Positions 43,390 through 53,128 of a DNA stretch of 64,000 bases are shown in pieces. The stretch comes from an uncultured Planctomycetia bacterium (GTDB lineage Bacteria > Omnitrophota > Gorgyraeia > 1-14-0-20-64-10), in NCBI GenBank assembly GCA_964373715.1, contig CAYJVR010000005.1:46805-110804 (forward strand). The letters are read 5' to 3'. The translations under genes were made by a program, and so were the position numbers. The notes under the pieces were generated by a model. It worked only from the letters and a program-made list of their open reading frames with translations. It was not told where the DNA came from and did not search any database. Each line of letters opens with the position of its first letter. Position 1 is the first letter of the stretch.

Positions 43390-45684
43390 TCATTCTTTCA
43401 GCTCCACAATATTAAAAGAGGTGGGATCTCCCCACTGGCGCTCCGGAGAAGTGGAGACGAGACATTTCTGAGGCTGTCTCGCCTCATCGGTGTCTGATCC
43501 GTCAAACATCATCCCGAACCGGAAACCGGCCTGAAGTTTCTTCGTGTTGAGGACCCCTCCCTGCAGCGCATACTGCTCTTTCGATATCTTTCCAGGCAGG
43601 GGGGCATCCCCCGCCGCGGCGGGCTCGACACCCACCTTCTTTGTGATGTTCTGGAAGAGCAGCGCAACCGGGATCCGGACTTCAAGGTTGTAACCATTCT
43701 GGGTTTTCTTGGCGGCGATCTTGGCCTGCTCCAGTATCTTGGCGTCCACCGAGGGGACCCAAACGTAGATCTCCGGGGGGATCGCTTGGAAATTGCCCGG
43801 GCTGAACCCGAACTGGAAATCATCGGTGGAGTTCACCGCCTCCTTATAATCCCCGTAGAGATCGGCGTCGAACCACACTTCGAGATGGTCCCCCTCCCAC
43901 ATGTCGGCGCTGGCCTTTTCCTGGACGATGGCGTTGTCCGTAGTCTCCACCGCCATCAGAACTGCGTCCGGCTCCCATTTCAGCGCAAACTTGAAAGAAA
44001 CGTCATGGGGGCCAGCCCAAGCGCCGACACCGTAGACAACCTGCTGTTTTTTATTGAGGGTGATCCACTCCGCATCAGCCCAATCGGCCAACTCCGCATC
44101 GACCACCACCGGCGCCTTGGTCTTGGCGGCAAAAAGTTTCGGAATCTTCTCGGAACGTTCCCGGGTCGGCACATTGCGCCCTTTCTGGAGGAGGCGGTAG
44201 CTGTCGTAGCAGTGGATCGCCAGCCCGCCGAAACCGGGGGCCTTCATGTAGGTTTCGGCCACCTTCTTCAGCTCCTGCTCCATCTCGGCCCAGCCCTCTT
44301 CGTAGAAGGTGTTGCGGCGCTTGCCCTGGTTCATTTGGATCAGATCCTGCGTCTCGACGCCGATCACGATCTTCTTACCGGCCCGGTTGGCCATGTCTAT
44401 GTGGAAACGGGCGTTCTCAACGATGTCGGTGGTGGTGTCGTAGTAATCCATCAGCGCGGCGTAGTCCACCTGCTTGAGTATTCCCTCCTCAAGCTCGGGG
44501 GAGTTCTTGTAAAAAACGGGGATCGCCACGCCGAAGTAAAAGTGGTGGTCCCCCTTCTCCTTATCAATCATCTGCCGGAGATCGACCAGCACTTCGAGGA
44601 AATCGGCTTTCAGTTTCTCCCGGTCGCCTGTCTCCCAATCGGAGGTGAGGTACGGCTCGATGTCGAGCGACACCCCGTCAATCTTTTCCTCTTTCGGCCT
44701 CACCTTGTTGAACTCCAGATAGCCCCCCACCCAGTTGAGCACTTGGTGGTGGTTCGCCTTCAGCGCCCAGAGGGGGTTGCCCTGAAGGGCCTCCACCTCG
44801 ATGCCGCGGGAATGGGCCTCCCGGATGAATTCGGCCAAACCGTCCTGGTAAGACTGGGGAGTCTTGTTGATCGGGTCCTCGCCCAGATAGATGTACATCG
44901 CCTCGATCGCGGTTGCTTCGCAGAAATTGAGCAGCTCCTTTCTGATCTCTTTGCTGTTGACCGGGTCGTATTTCCAGACCCAGGTATAGCGCTTGTAGCG
45001 GGTATCCTTATCGGCCTTAGGGCTGTTCTCCTTTTGAATGTTTTCCACTTCTGCGTCGTAATCGAACGCGATGTCGTCAATCTGGATCGCCCCTTTGCCT
45101 TCATAGCGGAACCAGAGGACGAGCGACCCCATCCGCTTCATGTTGATGTCGGAACGCAATCCGGCGAGAGGGACCTTTACCTGCTGCCATTCGGTCGTCA
45201 CCCCTTGCGGGAGGAAAGACATGATGGAGCCGGCATAGACCGAGTCAATCTCCAGGTCCTGCATATTGTCGTCTGCCATGCCGATGTCGAAGCGCTCGCC
45301 CCCGTTCTCCCCCTTCACCCAGAAAGTCAAGGCGTTGTGCCTGGAAACGTCAATGCCGTTCAGCAAGGTGTACCAGCCGCACCAGCCGCCCGATTTGGAG
45401 AACTCCAAACGCAGGACCCGGCCTTTCTTGTCCGGACGGGTATCCGACACCTTGGTGATGACAGTATAGGAAGGGCGGCGGGCCCAGGTCCCCTGAAAAG
45501 CGTCGAGCCGGTTATTCCGCTCAGCGAAAAGACCTTGGGTAGCTCCTGTCTCGAAGTCGTCTACCAGTATAGCCTTGGGGGAAACCGGCTGTTCGGCGGC
45601 AACAACCCTCTTTCCCGAAAAGAGGATATAACCTCCTAGGAATAAACTGATAACGACCCGTTTCTGATGGGAAACCATAGTCAT
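43390..45684 (-). CDS. Secreted multidomain protein (764 aa): N-terminal CBM-like module, a glycoside-hydrolase-like TIM-barrel domain, and a C-terminal CBM9/DOMON-like domain; the start is probably the Met at 45678
   Basis: GGWCGWYTLL ... FWVKGENGGERFDIGMAD ... EWQQVKVPL ... IQIDDIAFD, then a glycoside-hydrolase-like TIM-barrel region homologous to 39649..40599, then a C-terminal region with W/aromatic-rich CBM9-like character (ADWADAEWITL ... LKWEPDAVLMAVETTD). Confidence 0.75.
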   Translation of the reverse strand: MTMVSHQKRVVISLFLGGYILFSGKRVVAAEQPVSPKAILVDDFETGATQGLFAERNNRLDAFQGTWARRPSYTVITKVSDTRPDKKGRVLRLEFSKSGGWCGWYTLLNGIDVSRHNALTFWVKGENGGERFDIGMADDNMQDLEIDSVYAGSIMSFLPQGVTTEWQQVKVPLAGLRSDINMKRMGSLVLWFRYEGKGAIQIDDIAFDYDAEVENIQKENSPKADKDTRYKRYTWVWKYDPVNSKEIRKELLNFCEATAIEAMYIYLGEDPINKTPQSYQDGLAEFIREAHSRGIEVEALQGNPLWALKANHHQVLNWVGGYLEFNKVRPKEEKIDGVSLDIEPYLTSDWETGDREKLKADFLEVLVDLRQMIDKEKGDHHFYFGVAIPVFYKNSPELEEGILKQVDYAALMDYYDTTTDIVENARFHIDMANRAGKKIVIGVETQDLIQMNQGKRRNTFYEEGWAEMEQELKKVAETYMKAPGFGGLAIHCYDSYRLLQKGRNVPTRERSEKIPKLFAAKTKAPVVVDAELADWADAEWITLNKKQQVVYGVGAWAGPHDVSFKFALKWEPDAVLMAVETTDNAIVQEKASADMWEGDHLEVWFDADLYGDYKEAVNSTDDFQFGFSPGNFQAIPPEIYVWVPSVDAKILEQAKIAAKKTQNGYNLEVRIPVALLFQNITKKVGVEPAAAGDAPLPGKISKEQYALQGGVLNTKKLQAGFRFGMMFDGSDTDEARQPQKCLVSTSPERQWGDPTSFNIVELKE

Positions 45685-45707
45685 GCCCCTTTTATAAAAT
45701 TATACCA

Positions 45708-45733
45708 GTAAAAAGCCGGAATGTAGTTTCCGG
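45708..45733 (-). terminator. Rho-independent terminator for the giant-gene operon, overlapping a -10-like TATAAT (45699-45704) for the downstream 764-aa gene. Minus-strand stem CCGGAA-ACUACA-UUCCGG followed by CUUUUU
   Basis: Read directly: plus strand ...gtaaaaagccggaatgtagtttccgg.... It lies about 80 nt past the stop of the 2437-aa gene. SD-like AAGGGG sits 7 nt before the ATG at 45678. Confidence 0.55.
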
Positions 45734-45814
45734 AACTATTTATATTGTATGGACTTCTGATCTGAAACTCGCTGAATTGGCAGAAAAATGCACAAAAACA
45801 ACAACCCGGGGAGC

Positions 45815-48800
45815 TTAGGCGAAGACCGCCAGGTAAGTTTTGCCCTTCAGATCCTGAAAAGTCATCAGGCCCAGAAGCTTGACGCCCGCGTCTTCATAGC
45901 CGCGCAGGGCCAGCAAAATAACGGCGGCGGGATTGACCCTCTGCACATCGTCCAGCCAAATCTCCATCAGAGGAAGATCCAGCGGATTAGCCACAGTCTG
46001 ATCCATCCCTAAATCCTTGAAGATAACGCCCGGCTTTTGATACTCCTCCGAAGGCTGCAGCGGAATGGCCACCACGCGGATCAGCGCGCGCAGATCATCC
46101 GGAAGCTCTCCGCCGAATTTTCTCTCCAAGCTGGACACCAAAGAACTCTGGGAATAAACATTCACCGAAGAGGGGATCTCTCTCACCCAGACGGTGTTTG
46201 CCCCGGAAGGAATCCGAGCCATCTGATCGGGGGTAAGTGTTTCTAAAAATTCCTCAACCGAAATCCGTTGAAGATCTTCCAAACCGGCGGAAGGGGAGGA
46301 CCGGTCTTGACGGTTAATACGGTACAAAACGTATGCGGCCAAACCACCGAAGGCGGCTCCCCCCAACGCCCAACTCCACCAAGGGATATCGAGAGAGGAA
46401 ATCTGAGCCTCCTCGGCAACCGGAACCACCGCGCCGTCTCTGGGCAGAACAACCTGGACAGGAACGGGAACCGGCGGAACAATGGCCACGTCATGGCTAC
46501 GGAAGGTCACCTCCAACCGTCCCATCTCCTCGTTGTAAACCACTCGGAGTTCCTTAACAACGGGAATCTGCCGGGCGCCAACCCATTCGAAAACAGCGGG
46601 AAGGCGAGGGCCGGTTTCGTCTTTCTTGCCGCCCAACGCGGCCTCCCCCTTGGGCCCGTAAGTAACCAAGCCTCCCCGATAAAGTGTCCCGAAAATCGTT
46701 CTGCCGGCGCCATCCACACCTTCCGGCTCAAAAGGAAGTGGACCATCCGTTCCATCCACTTTTTTGTTGTAGGTCGCAATCGGAATCTCCCGAGTGATCA
46801 CGCCAATCAGAGACTCTCCCTGATAGGTCAGGTAGGCAACCAACCCATGCGTCGGAGCAAGGGCTCTCTTGGCATCGTTCGGATCGGTCCGGATAACAAG
46901 CCCCAGACGAGCCCCGCGGGTGTCAACTGTCAGGCCGTCCGAAACCACCCGGTAAGGACCGGTGACCAAGTCCCCGACCGGGCCGATCGTGTAAACCGAA
47001 TAGGTTTGACGGCCTTCGGCATAAGGAGCGCGCCCGGAAATCTTGACGGTCCGCTCAACGGGAAGAAGAATTCCGCCCTTCTCGACGAAGCGCAAACCCT
47101 TGGCCCATCTATCGCCCGATTCAAAAACCGGATCCACGAGCCAGACCTGCTGCGTGCTGGCGGTCATCACCGGCACAATCTCCCCATCTTTTCCGTGGAC
47201 CCTGACATAACCGAGGAGGTTCGCGCCCGGGCCGAACGGGTCAAGCACGTTTTGCGCCGCGGGCAGAGACACCGGGAAGAGACTCGGGGAGACCAACGGC
47301 TCCCCATTCTTGTCTCTTTCCTTATCTTGCGCCAGGTGGATTTTTAGCCTATCCCGCTCCGCCTCCAATACCTTGGCATGCGCGCCCAACCCCTGCCCGA
47401 TCAAACCGGAGAGATCCACACCGACCGCTCCGCGCAAAACAGGAAGGGTCGGAGGCCCCCGGCGCAAATCCCTCAAAAGAAATTCCATCAGCTCTATCCG
47501 GCGCTGTTCCTCGAGTAAAACCGCCTTGTTGACGGCGGCTTGGGCAATTTTAGCCTGATCGACCGTCTTGGCATCAAGAAGCTGGACTTGAGCCTTCTTC
47601 ATGCCGATCTGGACCTCCCACACCCGTTCAAGGTAACGGAGCGATTCCCGCATTCTGGAATAATCGGGGGAAGCACCCTGGGCGGCGAGATCCGCGCGCC
47701 CCTGCGCGATCTGAAGAGCGAGCTGGTCCGCCTCCTGCTGAAGACGCCCCTTTCCCCGCGCCTGAAAAGAGGAGGAAACCGCTTCGATCTTCATCGCGTC
47801 TGGAACCGGCGCCGCCACACCCGGGAAAACCGAAGGCATCAGCCCTTCCCAGCCGAACAACCCGGGAGAATTCTCGTTGATCATGATCCTTCCGGCCACA
47901 TGGGTAAAGGCACTCTGCTGGTAACCGCTCTGGGCCGCCGCCGCCTGATCCCGGTAGCGGGCGGTTTGTTTGGTCTGATAATCAACCCCTTTTCTGCCTT
48001 TTTCCAGACGGGCCTGCTGGTACTGAAGACCCTCGCTCGCTTTGGCTAAGCGGTTTTGCTGGTAAACTACCCCTTGCTGCGCGCTGCCCAACTGCCGGGT
48101 GAAATAATTCACACCTTCCATCGCGTCAAGCATCGCTTTTCTCTTGGCCGATGGATTGTTGCCGACCGGCATACGCAGAGCATCCACATGGGCTTGTTTG
48201 GCCTGATTCAGCTGAAACTGCATGTTCGCCTCCGCCTGCAGAGCCTGCCGAAGCGCAAACTCCGCCTGCATCATATCCACAAGCGCTCCACGGATCGCGA
48301 TCTGTGCCGCCACAACTTCGGTCTCGGCCTCCCTCACCCGGCCCGGCTGCGCCGACAGTTCCTGATAAGCGAGATTCATGTTGACATACGCCTGCTGGAC
48401 CTCCAACAGGCTGAGCGCCGCTCCGCGGAAAGCGGTGCCGCTGCCTAAAAGGTCCTCTCCAGGCACCGTCACCGACGGAGGCAGCGGCAGCCCAATGCTG
48501 TCGAGCCCCTGAAGATTCGCGAGCCGGTCCTCCCAGCGCTTCACCTCTTGCTGTTCCTGCTGCTGCGCCAGATGAACCCGTTTCGCATCCCCCTGCGCCG
48601 GCATCGGAATGCTCGCCTGCGCTTTGGCCTGAGCAAGCTGCGCCTGCGCCACAAGGAGGCAGGCAGCATTAATCTCCTTCTGCGCTTTGGCCTGAGCCGC
48701 CTTGTCATCTGGAGGAACCAATACAAGGGCCCGGCGGGCCTGAGTTTCTCCCTGGAGCGCCTGAAGCACGGGAATCTGCAGCGGCAGCAGCTTCGCCTGA

Positions 48801-51800
48801 CGCGCCAACCCATCTCTCTCCTGCTGGGCGACTCTCTTCTGGGTGTCGGCGCTTCGCCAATCGCGCTGAGCCGCTTGTTGTTCCGACAGATCAACCGCCA
48901 ATCGCTGACGGTCCAACGCCTCGTTCAATCTCCTTTGCGCCTGCCCGACTCCAGGATGGTCCTGAGCCGCCTGAGCGGCATAGGCCGCCTCCCGCTGATA
49001 CCTCTGTTGGTCTATCTTCAGAAGATCTCCCCGCAGTTCCCACAACCGGGCCAAACGGGCCTGGATTCTTCCTTGAAGTTCTTTTTGCGCGGCAGGCTCT
49101 AATTTTCCAGCGGAGACCGTCACAAACGGCACATCCTGCGCGGCCGGCCCCGAGAGAAGACCTCCCCTCTGAGGCAAAAGCAGGCGGCCGTTCTGGAGAA
49201 AATCCTGGGAGAGCAGTTCCTGCTCTTCCAGCATCTTCATCTGGATCTCCGCCTTCTGCTGAGACTCTTGGAAGAACCCTCGGGTCGACTGGAAATACGG
49301 ATCCTGCGGGGCCAGTGGTTCCAGTTGAGCGACCACGCGGTCGAGAAAAACGGCCAACGCCTTCTGATTGTCCTTTGCCGTCAGAAAAACCCGGGCCGTC
49401 TCCGCCCGGAGTTGTTTCTCCAAAACCGGCCTGTCGGCCGGCGCCACCTTCTGAAGTTGTCCGGCGAGGTCCCTCGCCTTCTGGATTTGGGACACCACCG
49501 CTTGCTCCTGCAAGGCGGTCATCTTTTCGTAAGCCGGCAAAATCTGGCTGGCGGCATAAGTCTTATCCTGAGTCTGGACAAATGGAACCTGCCCGGCTCC
49601 CTTATCGGCAGGCCTCTCCTCCGCAAGCCCATTGGCCGCGGGTGCTTGAGGCAGATTGGCAAGCATGGCCGCGGACACCGTGGAGCTGTCGCCGGCTATT
49701 TTCCGGACCAAGCCGGTCTGATCAATCAAACCGACGCCGACATATTTCTTCGAATCGGCATCCAGCGCGACCAGTTGGCCGCTCTCGGCGGGATGCGGCA
49801 GAACATAAGCGGTCCGTCCATCCACCGGGGCGGTGAGAATTCCGTTGGGGCTCACCTCCGTCTTGATGTTCTTAATCTCAATCGGCTTCCCCTGAACATT
49901 CGGCCGCCATCCGTCGTAAGGATTCGCCGGAGGAACCGGGAGATGCTCGAGAAGAACGGGAGAAAGGATTGACGCATCCCGGCCGGCCGGCGTAATTTTT
50001 CCGTCCCTCATCAGATAAGCGGCCGTGATGTATTCATTCTGGAACGGATCCAAGACAACCAGCTGCCCATACCTCATCTGGTCCGGCAAAAGATAGGCAG
50101 TCTGCCCCTGATAGGTTGTGGCGAGAAGCCCGTTGGCCTTTTCCTCCGCCGCAAAGGAAAGCTTGATGGGCGCGCCTTCCGCCGTGGGCCGCCAACCCTT
50201 GAGAGGATTCTCCGGAGGCGGCGGAAGCAGCGACACCAGGCTTTGCGCCAGCGGCGCCTGATTGCTTCCAACCCCCTCGACACTCCCATCCCGCAGAATA
50301 AACGCTACCGTTTCGTATTGATTCCAAATCGGATTGATCGCAACCAGTTGGCCGTATCTGCCGGCGTAAGGGGCAACATAGGCGGACTGCCCGTGATACA
50401 TCGTTTTCAAGATTCCGTTGGGACCCACCTCGGTCTCCAAGTTTTTAAGCTTGATTTGCTGTACCCCATCCACCGTGGGACGCCAGTTGGCGGCCGCTTT
50501 TTCCGGCGGCGGCAAATTCCGCAGGATCGCCGGGGTAATGCTCGAATCGCCCCCGGCAACCGCCGAAAGAGCCCCGGCCCGGTTCAGATAGGCCACCGTG
50601 GCGTAATCGTTGGTGGCCGGATCCACGGCCACCACCTGTCCGTAGGCGCTCCGGTGAGGCATGAGGTAGCCGGTGCGGCCGTCATTCAACGTTATTGTCA
50701 GCAAACCGTTGTGCCCCGTTTTCGTTTTAAGCGATGAGAGATTGACCGGACGGCCCTCCTCCATCGTGGGCCGCCAATTCTTCAGGTGGTCGGGCGGAGG
50801 GGCCGGCAAAAGTTTGACCATATCCGCCGGCGGGTCGTCCCTGTCCACTCCCGCGGACCCAATACTGCCGTCGCTGCGGAGGTGCGCTACTGTCTGGTAC
50901 TGGCCTGTTACCGGATCCATAGCGACAAGCTGGCCGTAGGTTCTCTCGTGCGGCAGAATGTAGGCGGTTGTTCCGTCGTATCTGGTTTTCAAAAACCCGG
51001 AAGGATCGGGCACCGCATCAAACTTCAGCGCAATCGGTCGATTATCCTGGCCGGTAGGCCGCCATGTGACGATAATTTCGGGCGGAGGAACTCCCCCCGG
51101 ACCGATTCCCGGGCCCGCCAATGGACCCGGCAGAGGCCCATTGCCTCCTTGGACAATGGTCTTTCCCTCTTTTTTCTCTTTTTCCTTTTCCTTCGTTGGC
51201 TCTTGCTTTTGCTCTTTCTCAACCACAGCCAGATTCAAGACATCCTGCGCAACCGCCAGGGAATTATCGCCGGCACCCAGCACAACAGGCGCAACAACGG
51301 CCTGTTCCCCGCGATTCTGAGGAAGTTCCACCGCGCTTCCCAATTGGATATCCATGTTATCCAAAGGATCTCCAAGCACTCCGAGCTGAAGGTCATTCGG
51401 AACCCCGCCATTCAGAGAATCGGCTCCTATGGCCGGCGCGTTGGCAGTCATCGCTCCAAGCCCGAAGAGCCCCGCCATGACCGCCGCCGCATACCCCAAC
51501 CGCCTCATAACGGGAGCCCACCGGAGCAGGAAAGATTCCTGCGGCTCTTGAAGGGCCCCCGAGGAGGAAACGGTTTCCAACTGCTGCCGCGCCAGCGCTT
51601 CCGTTTCCTTCCCTTCCAGCTCAAATTCGGTTTCTATCCGGTTGGCAAGGACCGGCCGCACCACAGAGGCAATCTTCTCCGATTTCAAGAGAGCGGCCAC
51701 CCCCGCAGGAAGCCCGTCGAAGATCTGCTCGACCGGCGCCCCGGTCACAGAGAATAGGCGGGGGGAATCCGGCGAAAGACGGGTCTCAATGATGTGGAAC

Positions 51801-53128
51801 TTCTTGGAAGAGGTGCCGAAAACATCCTCGCCGTACCCCTGTTGGTGGCTTCCCATCAGAACAACAGCCGTCTCATAGCCGGCCTTCTTTAACTCTTTTG
51901 CCTTCTCAACGGCGGCCTCACTGACGCCGACCGGGACAACCTCCGTCTGCAGCTGTTTGATCCGCCGCTTCGTATCGGAATTCTTCCAATTCAGGTTGAC
52001 CGCATCGCCCGCTTCTTGAGACAGCCGCTTCTCGATAACCGCGACAAGTTCCGGATAGAAACTCTCAAAGATCATTTCGGTGAGGGTATCCATCCTCAAG
52101 CGGGTCCCCCAACGCTGGCGCAGCTTTTCCTTAAACCGGTCAAACGCCCCTTCCGAGAAAGAGCCCGGGCGCAGCTCCTTCTCAAGTTCATCGAGATAAA
52201 AATAAAGCTGCTCCCTGAGTTTTCGGGAGGTCATCCCCTCCTGGGAAACAGCCTTTTGGAGGCGCCCAGCCAGATTTTCGGAGAACCGTTTAGACCAGCG
52301 TTCGGCCTTTTCAATTTGAGCGTCCCTCTGGAAATTCCCCAGAGAAACCAAGCGGTTCATGTAGGTCCTCTGAACAAGCTTGAAAAAGCGCTCCTCGAAA
52401 AGAGTCTGGAGGAAATTCCTCATCTTCTCCTCTTCGGACTTCCCCGAGAAAGCGGCCCATCCCTTGTCGTTTAAGACACCCGCGCGCATGTCGAGGAGAC
52501 GGTTCACCGCCGCCTCCAAACGGCCTTCTTCCAGTGTTCCAAAGTAAGAGTTCTCCCGCAGCCACCGGGACACCGCATTCCGGTCGGCAAAAAAGTCCTC
52601 AAGGAGCTCCCTGAAAGGACGCTCGGAAAGCTGCCCTGATTGGAGAGGCGGCGTACGAAGATATTGAATGAAGGATCCTTCGGAGATCCCTTGGGCCAGA
52701 TCACCGGCAATCCGGCGGTCTCTCTCCACATTGTCCCGGGCAAGCTGTTCTTCGGAATTCTGTGATTGTTGTCCGAAGGAGAGCAGAACCGCTTTCTTCC
52801 CGCGGGGATCCTGGACCAAAATAAAATCCCGGTAAGCCCAGCTTTGGGCGTCGGCTCCCAGAGCCGGAATATCGGCCTGGACTTTCCGGGCTGCCAGAGA
52901 GCCTTTCAAAGAAGCGTTGAGTTCCTCGAGGCCGGCCCCCTGCTCCCCCACCTGGATACCCCTTAAGGTATCCGACGTTTCCGATGAGGCAAAGACAAAA
53001 GGGTCCTGAGCCAGGCTGAAAGCGGCGATGAGCGAGGAAGAAACAATTTTTAAGAAAAGAGGGCGCTGAGTCATCTCTCCCCCGTCACGCCAAGCTGTCC
53101 AGGTAAGCCTGCACCTTCTGAAAATCAA
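45815..53128 (-). CDS. Giant (2437 aa) secreted, membrane-anchored protein. It has five tandem repeats of about 105 aa, a long Q/A-rich coiled-coil region, a conserved periplasmic C-proximal module, a TM helix and a cytoplasmic tail; the probable start is the Met at 53074
   Basis: Signal peptide MTQRPLFLKIVSSSLIAAFSLA. Repeats WRPT..G.PI ... G.TAY.LP ... YGQLVA.DP ... Y.TVA.L encoded at about 49600-51100. K/E low-complexity run (KEKEKEKKEGK, 51165-51200). The conserved module GLVTYGPKGEAALGGKKDETGPRLPAVFEWVGARQIPVVKELRVVYNEE (about 46400-47150) is shared with the next two genes. TM helix WWSWALGGAAFGGLAAYVLY. Confidence 0.8.
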   Translation of the reverse strand: MIFRRCRLTWTAWRDGGEMTQRPLFLKIVSSSLIAAFSLAQDPFVFASSETSDTLRGIQVGEQGAGLEELNASLKGSLAARKVQADIPALGADAQSWAYRDFILVQDPRGKKAVLLSFGQQSQNSEEQLARDNVERDRRIAGDLAQGISEGSFIQYLRTPPLQSGQLSERPFRELLEDFFADRNAVSRWLRENSYFGTLEEGRLEAAVNRLLDMRAGVLNDKGWAAFSGKSEEEKMRNFLQTLFEERFFKLVQRTYMNRLVSLGNFQRDAQIEKAERWSKRFSENLAGRLQKAVSQEGMTSRKLREQLYFYLDELEKELRPGSFSEGAFDRFKEKLRQRWGTRLRMDTLTEMIFESFYPELVAVIEKRLSQEAGDAVNLNWKNSDTKRRIKQLQTEVVPVGVSEAAVEKAKELKKAGYETAVVLMGSHQQGYGEDVFGTSSKKFHIIETRLSPDSPRLFSVTGAPVEQIFDGLPAGVAALLKSEKIASVVRPVLANRIETEFELEGKETEALARQQLETVSSSGALQEPQESFLLRWAPVMRRLGYAAAVMAGLFGLGAMTANAPAIGADSLNGGVPNDLQLGVLGDPLDNMDIQLGSAVELPQNRGEQAVVAPVVLGAGDNSLAVAQDVLNLAVVEKEQKQEPTKEKEKEKKEGKTIVQGGNGPLPGPLAGPGIGPGGVPPPEIIVTWRPTGQDNRPIALKFDAVPDPSGFLKTRYDGTTAYILPHERTYGQLVAMDPVTGQYQTVAHLRSDGSIGSAGVDRDDPPADMVKLLPAPPPDHLKNWRPTMEEGRPVNLSSLKTKTGHNGLLTITLNDGRTGYLMPHRSAYGQVVAVDPATNDYATVAYLNRAGALSAVAGGDSSITPAILRNLPPPEKAAANWRPTVDGVQQIKLKNLETEVGPNGILKTMYHGQSAYVAPYAGRYGQLVAINPIWNQYETVAFILRDGSVEGVGSNQAPLAQSLVSLLPPPPENPLKGWRPTAEGAPIKLSFAAEEKANGLLATTYQGQTAYLLPDQMRYGQLVVLDPFQNEYITAAYLMRDGKITPAGRDASILSPVLLEHLPVPPANPYDGWRPNVQGKPIEIKNIKTEVSPNGILTAPVDGRTAYVLPHPAESGQLVALDADSKKYVGVGLIDQTGLVRKIAGDSSTVSAAMLANLPQAPAANGLAEERPADKGAGQVPFVQTQDKTYAASQILPAYEKMTALQEQAVVSQIQKARDLAGQLQKVAPADRPVLEKQLRAETARVFLTAKDNQKALAVFLDRVVAQLEPLAPQDPYFQSTRGFFQESQQKAEIQMKMLEEQELLSQDFLQNGRLLLPQRGGLLSGPAAQDVPFVTVSAGKLEPAAQKELQGRIQARLARLWELRGDLLKIDQQRYQREAAYAAQAAQDHPGVGQAQRRLNEALDRQRLAVDLSEQQAAQRDWRSADTQKRVAQQERDGLARQAKLLPLQIPVLQALQGETQARRALVLVPPDDKAAQAKAQKEINAACLLVAQAQLAQAKAQASIPMPAQGDAKRVHLAQQQEQQEVKRWEDRLANLQGLDSIGLPLPPSVTVPGEDLLGSGTAFRGAALSLLEVQQAYVNMNLAYQELSAQPGRVREAETEVVAAQIAIRGALVDMMQAEFALRQALQAEANMQFQLNQAKQAHVDALRMPVGNNPSAKRKAMLDAMEGVNYFTRQLGSAQQGVVYQQNRLAKASEGLQYQQARLEKGRKGVDYQTKQTARYRDQAAAAQSGYQQSAFTHVAGRIMINENSPGLFGWEGLMPSVFPGVAAPVPDAMKIEAVSSSFQARGKGRLQQEADQLALQIAQGRADLAAQGASPDYSRMRESLRYLERVWEVQIGMKKAQVQLLDAKTVDQAKIAQAAVNKAVLLEEQRRIELMEFLLRDLRRGPPTLPVLRGAVGVDLSGLIGQGLGAHAKVLEAERDRLKIHLAQDKERDKNGEPLVSPSLFPVSLPAAQNVLDPFGPGANLLGYVRVHGKDGEIVPVMTASTQQVWLVDPVFESGDRWAKGLRFVEKGGILLPVERTVKISGRAPYAEGRQTYSVYTIGPVGDLVTGPYRVVSDGLTVDTRGARLGLVIRTDPNDAKRALAPTHGLVAYLTYQGESLIGVITREIPIATYNKKVDGTDGPLPFEPEGVDGAGRTIFGTLYRGGLVTYGPKGEAALGGKKDETGPRLPAVFEWVGARQIPVVKELRVVYNEEMGRLEVTFRSHDVAIVPPVPVPVQVVLPRDGAVVPVAEEAQISSLDIPWWSWALGGAAFGGLAAYVLYRINRQDRSSPSAGLEDLQRISVEEFLETLTPDQMARIPSGANTVWVREIPSSVNVYSQSSLVSSLERKFGGELPDDLRALIRVVAIPLQPSEEYQKPGVIFKDLGMDQTVANPLDLPLMEIWLDDVQRVNPAAVILLALRGYEDAGVKLLGLMTFQDLKGKTYLAVFA
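49600..51100 (-). repeat. Intragenic tandem array: five repeats of about 105 codons each in the 2437-aa gene (WRPT ... TAY.LPH ... YGQLVA.DP ...)
   Basis: The repeat units are recognisable in the translation and in the DNA (for example the recurring ...ggccgcca... motif encoding WRP at each unit start). Confidence 0.7.
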
